Assembly (NCBI GenBank): GCA_963726255.1
Contig: CAVSBL010000002.1
Coordinates: 1,696,001-1,760,000 of the forward strand
Origin: Candidatus Bathyarchaeota archaeon
Lineage (GTDB): Archaea; Thermoproteota; Bathyarchaeia; 40CM-2-53-6
Direction: 5' to 3'
Length of the DNA stretch: 64,000 bases
The translations under genes and the position numbers were made by a program. The notes beneath the pieces are model-generated. The model saw only the letters and a list, made by a program, of their open reading frames with translations, was not told the DNA's origin and searched no databases. Positions 10,629 through 20,843 of this stretch are shown here, one piece after another (position 1 is the first letter of the stretch; every line of letters begins with the position of its first letter).

Positions 10629-10686
10629 AGGCGACATGAACCAGTTGAGACGGAATAGGTAACCAAATTGAATTGGAGGTGAAAAA

Positions 10687-10869
10687 ATGGCAACTAAGGG
10701 CGCGGGTGTCAATGTATTCATGCTGATGGGCAAGTTACGAGCACTAGAGAAAAGACTCGACACTATGCAGCATACAATGGAAAACATGAATACCAAAATT
10801 GATGACATCCGCAGCACACTGAACGAGATTAAGCCGCCAGTAGTCAAAGCTTTGGAGAGGTCTGAGTGA
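10687..10869 (+). CDS. Small coiled-coil cargo protein
   Basis: Strong RBS GGAGGTGA; heptad pattern LRALEKRLDTMQHTMENMNTKIDDI. Confidence 0.65.
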   Translation: MATKGAGVNVFMLMGKLRALEKRLDTMQHTMENMNTKIDDIRSTLNEIKPPVVKALERSE

Positions 10870-11177
10870 GAACCACTCGCCTCACTAAAGTGGTCAATCG
10901 CCATGTTCAACGTGGGGTTGACTATGCTACTTCAGACGGTGTCGTCGCGTTGCTTCGCGAGCATTCGAAGAAACGTGACCTTCCACTTTTCCGCATGCTT
11001 GAAATTCTCGCTGAAGGTAAAGTAACTAGCGTCTCTTTCACGAGGGCTTCACCGTATTTCCGGTTCTATGCAAGTGCGACCACTAACGGTGATAAGCTAG
11101 CCATCATAACCATCAATACAGACGAGGGCGAGTATGAAACGACGCTCGATTTATCGCAGTTAGCCGATGAAGAATAA
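10866..11177 (+). CDS. Hypothetical cargo protein
   Basis: GTGA overlap with upstream ORF (translational coupling); acidic C-terminus. Confidence 0.55.
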   Translation: MRTTRLTKVVNRHVQRGVDYATSDGVVALLREHSKKRDLPLFRMLEILAEGKVTSVSFTRASPYFRFYASATTNGDKLAIITINTDEGEYETTLDLSQLADEE

Positions 11178-11332
11178 AAGATAGTCCAAATCAGGCAAAT
11201 GAAGGAAAAACGGTTTGTACAACATTTTCGTGTTCTTAAGGCGTACGACGGCCTCAATACTTTCGACCATGTCAGTGTCTAAACTGTTATATCCTCTCAG
11301 TTTTCAGTAGGACACCGAGTCATACTACCTCG

Positions 11333-11662
11333 GTGCGATTAATGCCAAATGGTTTCGTGAATGGAAACATCGTTTCCATGCCCTGCTTGATTAGTTCCGG
11401 TATGTCATCTTTTGAACGGTACGTTAGGATTGAAGCTGAACCCGAGCGGATTACTGGTTTTGTCAATATTTCGTCGATTGTCGATAGCTCACAAAATAAC
11501 CATGAACCAGTGCGTAAGGGGAATGTCAAAGCCATCATCGTCGCGTTTTCCAAGGCTGATGTGAGATTACTATTTTCAGGTCAAGACCTTCACCCATCCA
11601 ATCCAGCGCCGGTATCTGTAGACTGGTTAGGAAGATGCGCACAACTCGTAGGCAAGAAATAG
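11333..11662 (+). CDS. Small beta-rich hypothetical protein, cotranscribed with the dCTP deaminase
   Basis: 109-aa ORF ending 9 bp before dcd on the same strand. Confidence 0.6.
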   Translation: MRLMPNGFVNGNIVSMPCLISSGMSSFERYVRIEAEPERITGFVNISSIVDSSQNNHEPVRKGNVKAIIVAFSKADVRLLFSGQDLHPSNPAPVSVDWLGRCAQLVGKK

Positions 11663-11671
11663 GTCAGTTCG

Positions 11672-12247
11672 TTGATACTAAGTCATTCTGACTTAGTACG
11701 CGCATGGAAAAAACGACGCATCACCTTCGACCCAGATATTACATTAGACCAGATTACTCTGTCGTCCATAGATTTGCGGTTAGGATGCGAGTTCGCGAAA
11801 CTACAGCCAAAGCAAGGCTTAACCATTAATCCTTCTCTTGACGATTTCGACCCTGAGGGACTCTATACTCGCGAGGACCTAAGTCAGCCCGACAGTCTAG
11901 GAAGGCCACGTCTTTTCAAGCTGGACCCAGGTGAATTTGTCGTGGGCTTCACTTATGAGAAGATTCAACTATCCACCAAGCTGGTGGCAAGCATAGAGGG
12001 ACGAACACGGCTTGCGAGGTACGGCCTTTCTGTCCATACAACTGCACCGCATATTCATCCTGCGTTCGGTGGACCTATCGCCTTAGAACTTCACAATATA
12101 GGACCAATTTCGATTCAATTGCGGCCAAAATTAGACAAGATTTGTCAGTTAATCATACATGAACTAAAATCACCCGTATCACTGAAACTTGCTAGCGCCA
12201 TGGGCACTTTCATGCACCAAAAGACAGCCTACCGGCGGCCGCGGTAG
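11672..12247 (+). CDS. dcd: dCTP deaminase (trimeric dUTPase-fold), divergent, transposon-borne
   Basis: MILS, SSIDLRLG, LDPGEF...T.E, EGRTRLARYGL, IHPAFGG.IALELHN, ICQL. Confidence 0.85.
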   Translation: MILSHSDLVRAWKKRRITFDPDITLDQITLSSIDLRLGCEFAKLQPKQGLTINPSLDDFDPEGLYTREDLSQPDSLGRPRLFKLDPGEFVVGFTYEKIQLSTKLVASIEGRTRLARYGLSVHTTAPHIHPAFGGPIALELHNIGPISIQLRPKLDKICQLIIHELKSPVSLKLASAMGTFMHQKTAYRRPR

Positions 12248-13250
12248 CAAGAAGATTAAGTGACATGCGCTGTTTTATTCGACGCGAGTTACCACCGTGA
12301 TTTTTTTCGTCGTCCGCCACCAAGTAAACAGAGCCATCGTGGTTAACTCGTTTCAAGACAATATCGGCCAGAGCCGATATGAAAGTAGGGCTTGTGTCCA
12401 AGGACTCAGTCCGCTTCAGGTTCAGGCCATGTGTACTTGCAAACTCTTTGGCTTCTACGTCGATATCGTACAAGATTTCAAGGTGGTCGGCGACGAAGCC
12501 TATCGGAACAACGAGAACGTTAGAGTCCTTATCATGTTGACTTAGTTCTTGGAGCGATTCTAGGATATCTGGGCCAAGCCATTTCTCCGCCGTTTGCCCG
12601 GCACTCTGATAGGCGAACGACCAGTGGTCGAGGTGCAGGAGCTCTGCGACGGCTTGGCATGAGCTATGCAATTGTGAAGGGTACGGATCGTGGTGCTCAA
12701 GGATTCGCTCGGGTAGGCTATGTGCTGTGAACAATAATTCGACACTACTCGACTTGGGAAACTGCTCCAAAGCGAGCTTGACCTTTTCGGCGACCGCACG
12801 ATGGAATAGGGGATGGTCGTACCAGCTATCAACGAAGTCCACCCGCATGTCGCGGGTGGCAGCCAGCGCCTTATCGAGGGCTTGCTTGTACCCTCCAATA
12901 CTGATATTGGAATAGTGTGGGGACAGTGCCAACGCGACGATTCGACGAAAACCGTCATTCGCGATTCTCGGAACGACCTCACCAAGGTAGGGATGCCAAT
13001 GTTTCATCCCAACATAAACTCGAGTCTCCACTCCTTGTGCGCCCAGAGACTTCTCTAGGGCTGAGGCTTGTGCATTCGAAATATCGAGGAGTGGAGAACG
13101 GCCACCGATCTTCCTGTATCGGTCTATCAGGTTTTCCACGGCGCTTTGAGTTGGTTTGCGGCCTCTCCTGACATCGGTCAAGTATGCTTCCATATCCTTC
13201 TCTGAGGTTGGAGTACCGTAAGCCATCAGGAGAACGGCGAGGTCCGGCAA
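12210..13250 (-). CDS. hemH: Coproporphyrin ferrochelatase; last 41 aa come from read-through into the transposon end
   Basis: MAYGTP, GGRSPL, MKHWHP, TAHSLP, WLGP, GFVADHLEILYDID (Firmicutes CpfC-like). Confidence 0.93.
   Translation of the reverse strand: MPDLAVLLMAYGTPTSEKDMEAYLTDVRRGRKPTQSAVENLIDRYRKIGGRSPLLDISNAQASALEKSLGAQGVETRVYVGMKHWHPYLGEVVPRIANDGFRRIVALALSPHYSNISIGGYKQALDKALAATRDMRVDFVDSWYDHPLFHRAVAEKVKLALEQFPKSSSVELLFTAHSLPERILEHHDPYPSQLHSSCQAVAELLHLDHWSFAYQSAGQTAEKWLGPDILESLQELSQHDKDSNVLVVPIGFVADHLEILYDIDVEAKEFASTHGLNLKRTESLDTSPTFISALADIVLKRVNHDGSVYLVADDEKNHGGNSRRIKQRMSLNLLATAAAGRLSFGA
12278..12335 (-). repeat. Right terminal inverted repeat of the large element
   Basis: Reverse complement GGCTCTGTTTACTTGGTGGCGGACGACGAAAAAAATCACGGTGGTAACTCGCGTCGAA. 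Confidence 0.9.
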
Positions 13251-13259
13251 ATTTGACGC

Positions 13260-14291
13260 CTAACCAGAATTCTTAGTCGAGTCGTGAACGAATTTCACAA
13301 GTTCAATAACGTTCTGTGGTGATGTTTCGGGCAGCATTCCATGTCCCAAGTTGAAAATATGACCCACTTTTCCCCTGGTTTTCGTCAGGATTTCCGTGGC
13401 GTGCGATCTGATTAGCTCTGGGTTCCCGAGCAAGACGGCCGGGTCTAGATTACCTTGAATTGCAACATCACTTCCAAGCCGTGCCCAAGCAAGGTCGATG
13501 GGAATCCTCCAATCAACTCCGAAGACATCTCCCCCCGCCTGCTTCATTTCTTCGAGTAGGTTTGATGTTCCAGTTCCGAAGTGAATGCGCGGCACGCCGG
13601 TCGCCTCCAACTCTTTGAAGATTCGGCGGGAATAGGGAAGCACGTACTGATGGTAGTCTTGCGGGCTGAGGCAGCCAACCCAACTGTCGAAAAGTTGAAC
13701 GATGTCGACTCCCGCCTTGATTTGCGCTTGTAAGTAACTTGCCATGGCGGTCGATAACCTATCCATCAAGGCATGCCAAGTCTTCGGGTCGCGGTACATT
13801 AGAGCCTTCGTGTTCACGAAATCCCTCGTCGGCCTTCCCTCGATAATGTAACTCGCTAATGTGAATGGCGCCCCGGAGAAACCAATCAAGGGAACATCAA
13901 GCATCTTCTTGGTCTGGGCAATCGCTTCGAGAACAAAGGGCACGTCATTCCTCGGGTCAAGATTCGTTAAGGAATTGGCGGAATCTAAACTCCGGATTGG
14001 TTCTTGAATCAAAGGCCCGAGGCCCTCTTTGATTTCGAACTTTACTCCCATGCCTTGCAGAGGCAGCATGATGTCAGCGAACATTATCCCGGCATCCACG
14101 CCCAGAGTTTCTACGGGCATCGTGGTAACTTTCGCGCATAAGTCAGGATTCTTGCATATGGAAATCACATCATGCTTCTCTCTGACCTTCCTGTACTCTG
14201 GTAGGTACCTGCCCGCTTGTCGCATAAACCAGACAGGAGTGGCGTCGACGGGTTGGCGTCGACAAGCTTTGATGAGGCGGTCATTCAACAT
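13260..14291 (-). CDS. hemE: Uroporphyrinogen decarboxylase
   Basis: PVWFMRQAGRYLPEY, GFSGAPFTLASY, QLFDSW, QGNLDP, FNLGHG. Confidence 0.97.
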   Translation of the reverse strand: MLNDRLIKACRRQPVDATPVWFMRQAGRYLPEYRKVREKHDVISICKNPDLCAKVTTMPVETLGVDAGIMFADIMLPLQGMGVKFEIKEGLGPLIQEPIRSLDSANSLTNLDPRNDVPFVLEAIAQTKKMLDVPLIGFSGAPFTLASYIIEGRPTRDFVNTKALMYRDPKTWHALMDRLSTAMASYLQAQIKAGVDIVQLFDSWVGCLSPQDYHQYVLPYSRRIFKELEATGVPRIHFGTGTSNLLEEMKQAGGDVFGVDWRIPIDLAWARLGSDVAIQGNLDPAVLLGNPELIRSHATEILTKTRGKVGHIFNLGHGMLPETSPQNVIELVKFVHDSTKNSG

Positions 14292-14370
14292 TGGCCGTAA
14301 CCATCCCAACGTCCCTCATCGAAGGCTGAAGATTCATACTCCAAAAGCAAGAAATGAAAGGGTTCGAAAG

Positions 14371-16085
<1,715 letters not shown>

Positions 16086-16105
<20 letters not shown>

Positions 16106-16874
16106 CAACTATTGCCTCTACTAAAGCATCGACCGTGTGAATGCCCGCAACAATGTTCACGCGTATACCCAGTTCCTTGGTTGCTTGGACCGTTACGGGG
16201 CCAATGCAAGCAACCTTGACGTTGCTCAAAATCTGGCGTAATCTATCGTCTCCGAGGACTTGGGCTAGGTTATGGACAGTGGATGGGCTGGTGAAAGTCA
16301 CTAGGTCTATTCCTCTCATGAATATGGAATTGACGCGTTCAGGCGTCAAATCCGGTGGGATGACCGTCTGATATGCAACAACCTCTTCAACCAACGCTCC
16401 ACGTCTTCGCAATAGTTCTGGGAGTTTCTTTGACGCTATGTCCGCGCGTGGGAGAAGGATTCGTTTCCCCCTAACATTGCCTAGTCCATCAGCTATCTTC
16501 TCGGAGAGGAACTCGTTAGGAACAAATTCCGGTTTCTTCGTCGCCCGCTCCAACTCCGACGCTGTGGCAGGCCCGATCGCGGCTACCATGACCTCTCTTA
16601 AGACCGTGGGCGAGATTCCGGTGCTGGCTAGGCGTTTCATCAGGAACCTGACGCCATAAACACTTGTGAATATGATCCAATGATAGTCGCTGAGTCTCCG
16701 TAACGCTTGGTCCAAGGGGTCATTGTCTTGGGCGTGGACTACCTCGATGGTTGGCAGTTCGATTGTCTCTGCTCCGAGGTCACGCAGTTTCTCGGAGAGA
16801 GTTTGAGCCTGTTCAACGGGGCGGGTTACCAAGACCCTGACCCCTGAGAGTGGTCTTAGAGAGGCTGATTGCAT
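16086..16874 (-). CDS. hemD: Uroporphyrinogen-III synthase
   Basis: VLVTRP, IFTS, AIGPAT, AYQT, FTSPST, CIGPVT. Confidence 0.93.
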
Positions 16875-17791
16875 CAGGCGGCCTCCAAAACTATTCCAGC
16901 ACCTTTCTTCAGCAGTGATTCCGCCAGCTCTCGCCCTGCTCTCTCAGCGTTGGGGCTATCCGAAGAAATTCGGCCGCGCAGAACCAGTTTCCCACTGGCC
17001 GCGGCGACCATCCCTTCGATAGTTAACGTCCCATCCGCAAACCTCGCGTAAGCCGCTGTAGGAGTCCGACAATTGGCCCCAAGCCCTCGCGCGAACCCAC
17101 GCTCAGCCTCAATTGCCCGGCGCGTCGGCTCATGATCCAGCTTTGCAACCAGGTCCCGAACCTCAGCATCTTCTTCCCGGCTCTGAACTGCGACCGCTCC
17201 CTGCCCAACCGCAGGCAGCATTACATCGGGCGAAAGAAATTGAGTTACCTTCTTTTCAAGTCCAAGCCTTATCAGCCCAGCAGCCGCAAGCACTATCGCG
17301 TCGCAACCGCCCTTCCCGAGTTTTCCCATGCGCGTGTCAACGTTTCCGCGCATCTCAACGATTTCTAGGTCACCACGCGCGGCTAGAAGCTGCGCTTTCC
17401 GCCTAGCGCTGCTAGTTCCAACTCTTGCCCCGCCGTCGAGCTGCTCAAGTTTCTTCTTGTCTCGTGAGATTAGGACATCACGTGGGTCAACTCGTTTAGG
17501 GACACAGGCGATCACAAGGCCTGGGGACAAATCGGTGGTAAGGTCCTTCATGCTATGGACAGCTAAGTCGACACGACCCCGAATTAGTGAATCCTCGATC
17601 TCCTTCGTGAACACACTCTTACTTTCCAGCGCACCCGTTCCAGCCCCTTCTATAGTGTCTCCCTGAGTCTTGATCGAAACAACTTCGCATCGAACTTGAG
17701 GCGCAACTTTCCTCAGCGAATTAACAACTTCATTTGTTTGCGCCATTGCAAGCGCACTGCCCCTCGTCCCAATCAAGATGCGTTGCTTCAT
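16874..17791 (-). CDS. hemC: Hydroxymethylbilane synthase (start ATG 17791)
   Basis: IGTRGSALA, FTKEIE, AVHSMKD, GTSSARR, RGNVDTR, LAAAGL.RL, cofactor Cys in GANCRTP. Confidence 0.96.
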   Translation of the reverse strand: MKQRILIGTRGSALAMAQTNEVVNSLRKVAPQVRCEVVSIKTQGDTIEGAGTGALESKSVFTKEIEDSLIRGRVDLAVHSMKDLTTDLSPGLVIACVPKRVDPRDVLISRDKKKLEQLDGGARVGTSSARRKAQLLAARGDLEIVEMRGNVDTRMGKLGKGGCDAIVLAAAGLIRLGLEKKVTQFLSPDVMLPAVGQGAVAVQSREEDAEVRDLVAKLDHEPTRRAIEAERGFARGLGANCRTPTAAYARFADGTLTIEGMVAAASGKLVLRGRISSDSPNAERAGRELAESLLKKGAGIVLEAA

Positions 17792-17811
17792 TGTTCGTTG
17801 TCCTGGTGCTT

Positions 17812-18414
17812 TCAAGCCCTGTTGTGTTCGGAGCTCGGCCGCATTGCTTTGAGGAAGAAATCGTAAAGGTAAGCCGCTGCCTCTGACTGTTTGTACCTTC
17901 TCTGGAAATGGATCTGCTGAAAGACGATGCGGTTCATCATACCAAGCAGACATTCGGCCGCCATCTTCGGGTCCGTATCGCGAAATTCTCGTTCAGCGAC
18001 GCCACTTCGAATGATTCCTGTTAACAGAGATTGAATCTGAGTGAGCTCGGCTTGAAGGCTGTTTCGTCCGATGGAATCAAGCTCTGTTGAGTTCCTGACG
18101 TAGAGGCCGACGTTCAAGCGTTCCTTCGGGAAACCGGTGAGGTAAGTGTGAATGAACGCTCGGACCTGTGAGGTGGGATTCTCAGACTTTCCGCATTCGT
18201 CAGTCAGTAGCGTGATGAACCCTTTCATGCTTACGCTTTCGCGCACAACTGCGTCGAACAGGGCCTCCTTATTTCTGAAGTAGTAGTAGAGGGTGGGGGC
18301 AGTGACGTTGGCGGCTCTACATATGTCGCGGATGGCCACGTTAGGAAAACCGCGTTTGGTGAAGAGGCCTTTGGCGACTTCGAGTATTCTGTGCTCTTGG
18401 TTAACGTTCGACAT
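17812..18414 (-). CDS. TetR/AcrR family regulator inside the heme operon
   Basis: ILEVAKGLF..RGF....IRDIC.AANVTAPTLYYYFRNKEALF. Confidence 0.93.
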   Translation of the reverse strand: MSNVNQEHRILEVAKGLFTKRGFPNVAIRDICRAANVTAPTLYYYFRNKEALFDAVVRESVSMKGFITLLTDECGKSENPTSQVRAFIHTYLTGFPKERLNVGLYVRNSTELDSIGRNSLQAELTQIQSLLTGIIRSGVAEREFRDTDPKMAAECLLGMMNRIVFQQIHFQRRYKQSEAAAYLYDFFLKAMRPSSEHNRA

Positions 18415-18423
18415 TTTGCTAGT

Positions 18424-19587
18424 TCAGCTCAGATCTCTGTTTGTCAGAGGCAATGTCTCAGTTAGGTTTCCCTCCGGGAGGTATGGACATGCAGGGTCTT
18501 CTTGGAGCGGGTCGTCGTATTCGGCGAAAGCCCTTGACCTTGAGCCTCCGCAGACTTCCTTGTACTCGCATTTGCCGCACCGCCCCTTCAGGTTTGACGA
18601 ATCCCTTAGTGCGGTGAATAGCGGGCTAGACCTGTAGATTGTTCCTAGGTCGTCTTCCGGCACCTTGCCTGAGCTGAGGGGTAGAAAACCGCTTGGGTAT
18701 ACCTCTCCGTCGTGTGCGACGAACATGATACCTTTCCCGTCCCTTGTTTGGGTTGACTTCAGTACAGCTCCGCTTGTAGGTTGCCCTTCGAGAAGCCGCA
18801 ACCTCGCAACTAAGCTGAGGTACGGTTCTCCATTTGGTGGATTCTTGTTCTTCACTCGCTCTATGCGTACCCTTCTAAAATTCGGTCCTTCAGCAGTCCT
18901 GACGGGGATACCGTAATGCGCGGCATCAAAAAGAAAGTGCATGACTCCCTCGCATTCTGTAGGTTCGAGGGCCTCGAGGGCTGCTCCCCGACCTGTTCGA
19001 ATCAGGAAGAAGACTTCCCAAGCAACCGCTCCGGTTTCCCTGACGATGTGAAAGATATCAGCTAACTCACCGAGGTTACTTCTCATAACCGTCGTGTTGA
19101 TTTGCGCCCGTAATCCTAACCGTCTGGCCAAATTTAGCGACTGTATTGTTTCGTTCCACGTGCCCCGGATTCCGCGGAGCCGGTCATGAGTTTCTGGCGA
19201 CGCCCCATCGAGGCTAACTGACATAATGTCAACCCCAAGCTCCCTCATTCGCGACATTGATGATTCATTTAGCTTGGGCGTCACGCTGGCAGCAACCGCA
19301 ACGTAAATTCCAAGGCTCTTCGCCCGCTCAACCAAGTCGAAGAAGTCGTCTCGCATAAGGGGGTCTCCGCCCGTTAAGAGAAGAGCGGGATACGGTTCCC
19401 CGAATTCTGTAAGTTGATCGATGAGCCTCATGCTCTGCTCGTGGTTGAGCTCACCCGCCATGGGTTTCCTGATGGCTTTGGCTCTACAGTGTTTGCATGC
19501 CAATAAGCAGGCCTTGGTTGTTTCCCAGCAAACAAAGATCGGAGCCTCAGAGAGGTCACTCCTCATCGTCCAAGGCGGTTTCGTCAT
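18424..19587 (-). CDS. Radical SAM/SPASM protein, AhbD/NirJ-related (TIGR04053-like)
   Basis: WETTKACLLACKHCRA, TGGDPL, VSLDG, VYPSGFLP, GRCGKCEY..VCGGSRSRA, DPAC. Confidence 0.85.
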   Translation of the reverse strand: MTKPPWTMRSDLSEAPIFVCWETTKACLLACKHCRAKAIRKPMAGELNHEQSMRLIDQLTEFGEPYPALLLTGGDPLMRDDFFDLVERAKSLGIYVAVAASVTPKLNESSMSRMRELGVDIMSVSLDGASPETHDRLRGIRGTWNETIQSLNLARRLGLRAQINTTVMRSNLGELADIFHIVRETGAVAWEVFFLIRTGRGAALEALEPTECEGVMHFLFDAAHYGIPVRTAEGPNFRRVRIERVKNKNPPNGEPYLSLVARLRLLEGQPTSGAVLKSTQTRDGKGIMFVAHDGEVYPSGFLPLSSGKVPEDDLGTIYRSSPLFTALRDSSNLKGRCGKCEYKEVCGGSRSRAFAEYDDPLQEDPACPYLPEGNLTETLPLTNRDLS

Positions 19588-19641
19588 TTCACCAACTCCG
19601 AGTCCAAAGCCAGTTAGGCTAATCCGCTGGTTCCAATCTTC

Positions 19642-19662
19642 TATTTAACGTTCGTTATATAA
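19642..19662 (-). promoter_or_regulatory. Candidate heme-operon TATA box (TTATATAA) overlapped by an imperfect palindrome
   Basis: TATTTAACGTTCGTTATATA (core TAACG-TT-CGTTA) about 55 bp upstream of the rSAM start. Confidence 0.55.
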
Positions 19663-19760
19663 CCCCGCCAAGCAAATGCACGCACTCCGGCCCGGCCGTG
19701 ATTTTTCTTTACTCTATTTGGCCTTCGGTGAAGCTTAAGTTCCTGAACGTTACGTGGTTG

Positions 19761-20552
19761 ATGGTTCGTGAACAGGGTTTGACGTACCAAAATATTCTGG
19801 TTAGCAAAGATGGAAAGCTTGGCATAGTTCAACTGAACCGTCCCAAGGTTTTGAACGCGCTTAACTTCGATCTCATGGCCGAGCTAGTCAATGCTTTCGA
19901 AGAATTGGATAAGGACCAGAGCGTACATGCGATAATCTTGACTGGGGGCGCTAGTGCCTTCGCTGCGGGAGCAGACTTACGTGAGATGGCCGAGGCCACA
20001 CCGGTTGACCTAGTGCTTGGCCGACGCTTTGAACTCTGGGATCGCATAAGAAAAATCTCGAAACCCATCATAGCTGCAGTGAGCGGTTACTGCTTGGGCG
20101 GAGGAAATGAGTTAGCTATGAACTGCGACATTATCATCGCATCGGAAGCTGCGACTTTCGGTCAACCGGAAGTTAACGTAGGAATCATGCCAGGAGCCGG
20201 TGGCACACAAAGGTTGACGCGGGCTGTTGGTAAGTACAAGGCTATGGAGATGATACTGACGGGCAAACCTATTTCGGCTGAGGAAGCGTTCAGAGTGGGC
20301 CTTGTTAATCGCGTTGTCCCGGCGGAAAGTTTGATGGATGAGGCTAAGAAGATTGCTAGTGAGATTGCGTCCAAACCCACGATATCGGTCAGAGCTGCAA
20401 AAGAAGCGATATTGAGAGCGCAAGATACGACGCTGGAGGTTGGGTTGGAATTCGAGCGTAAAGCGTTCTACATGTTGTTCGCTACCGAGGACGGCAAAGA
20501 AGGCATGAAGGCCTTCTTGGAGAAAAGAAAACCTGCCTTTAAGGGAAAATGA
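19761..20552 (+). CDS. Enoyl-CoA hydratase (PaaF-like crotonase)
   Basis: LNRP..LNAL, AFAAGADL, GGGNELA, FGQPEV..G..PGAGGTQRL; both catalytic Glu present. Confidence 0.92.
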   Translation: MVREQGLTYQNILVSKDGKLGIVQLNRPKVLNALNFDLMAELVNAFEELDKDQSVHAIILTGGASAFAAGADLREMAEATPVDLVLGRRFELWDRIRKISKPIIAAVSGYCLGGGNELAMNCDIIIASEAATFGQPEVNVGIMPGAGGTQRLTRAVGKYKAMEMILTGKPISAEEAFRVGLVNRVVPAESLMDEAKKIASEIASKPTISVRAAKEAILRAQDTTLEVGLEFERKAFYMLFATEDGKEGMKAFLEKRKPAFKGK

Positions 20553-20822
20553 ATGAAACTAACTCGTATCCTAGAGGCCTCATTTTTCTTAACGGCCATC
20601 GTCCTGGTGATTTTGGTGGTCGGATTAAACTGTCTGCAGGGAGCACCGGGCTTGAAGTTAATCGGATTTCTCGAATGCGATTACGGCCTCACGTCTGCTG
20701 ATCTTCTGGTGAAGGTAGGGGCAACCGCCATTTTCGTGCTATTTCTAGTATTGCTCTTTGGCCCCATTCTCGCTTTCCTTGGACGCCTTGGGCATCGTAG
20801 GCACTCAAGACGTTCAGTTTGA
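20553..20822 (+). CDS. Small 2-TM membrane protein with a Cys pair in the loop
   Basis: ATG directly after the upstream TGA; two hydrophobic helices; basic tail. Confidence 0.6.
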   Translation: MKLTRILEASFFLTAIVLVILVVGLNCLQGAPGLKLIGFLECDYGLTSADLLVKVGATAIFVLFLVLLFGPILAFLGRLGHRRHSRRSV

Positions 20823-20843
20823 TTTTGTGCAGAGGAATCGAAA

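Larger units (their letters stand above)
9104..12335. mobile_element. Non-autonomous IS6-like cargo transposon, 3232 bp
   Basis: Imperfect TIRs at 9104-9162 and 12278-12335 starting GG(T/C)TCTGTTTACT; perfect 8-bp direct repeat ATCGTGGT at 9096-9103 and 12336-12343; internal transposase relic; removing it restores a ferrochelatase stop codon. Confidence 0.92.

Noticed and set aside
9104-12335. Idea that the element deleted a hemY/cgoX gene downstream of hemH
   Set aside because: The perfect TSD and restored hemH stop show a clean insertion with no loss of flanking DNA
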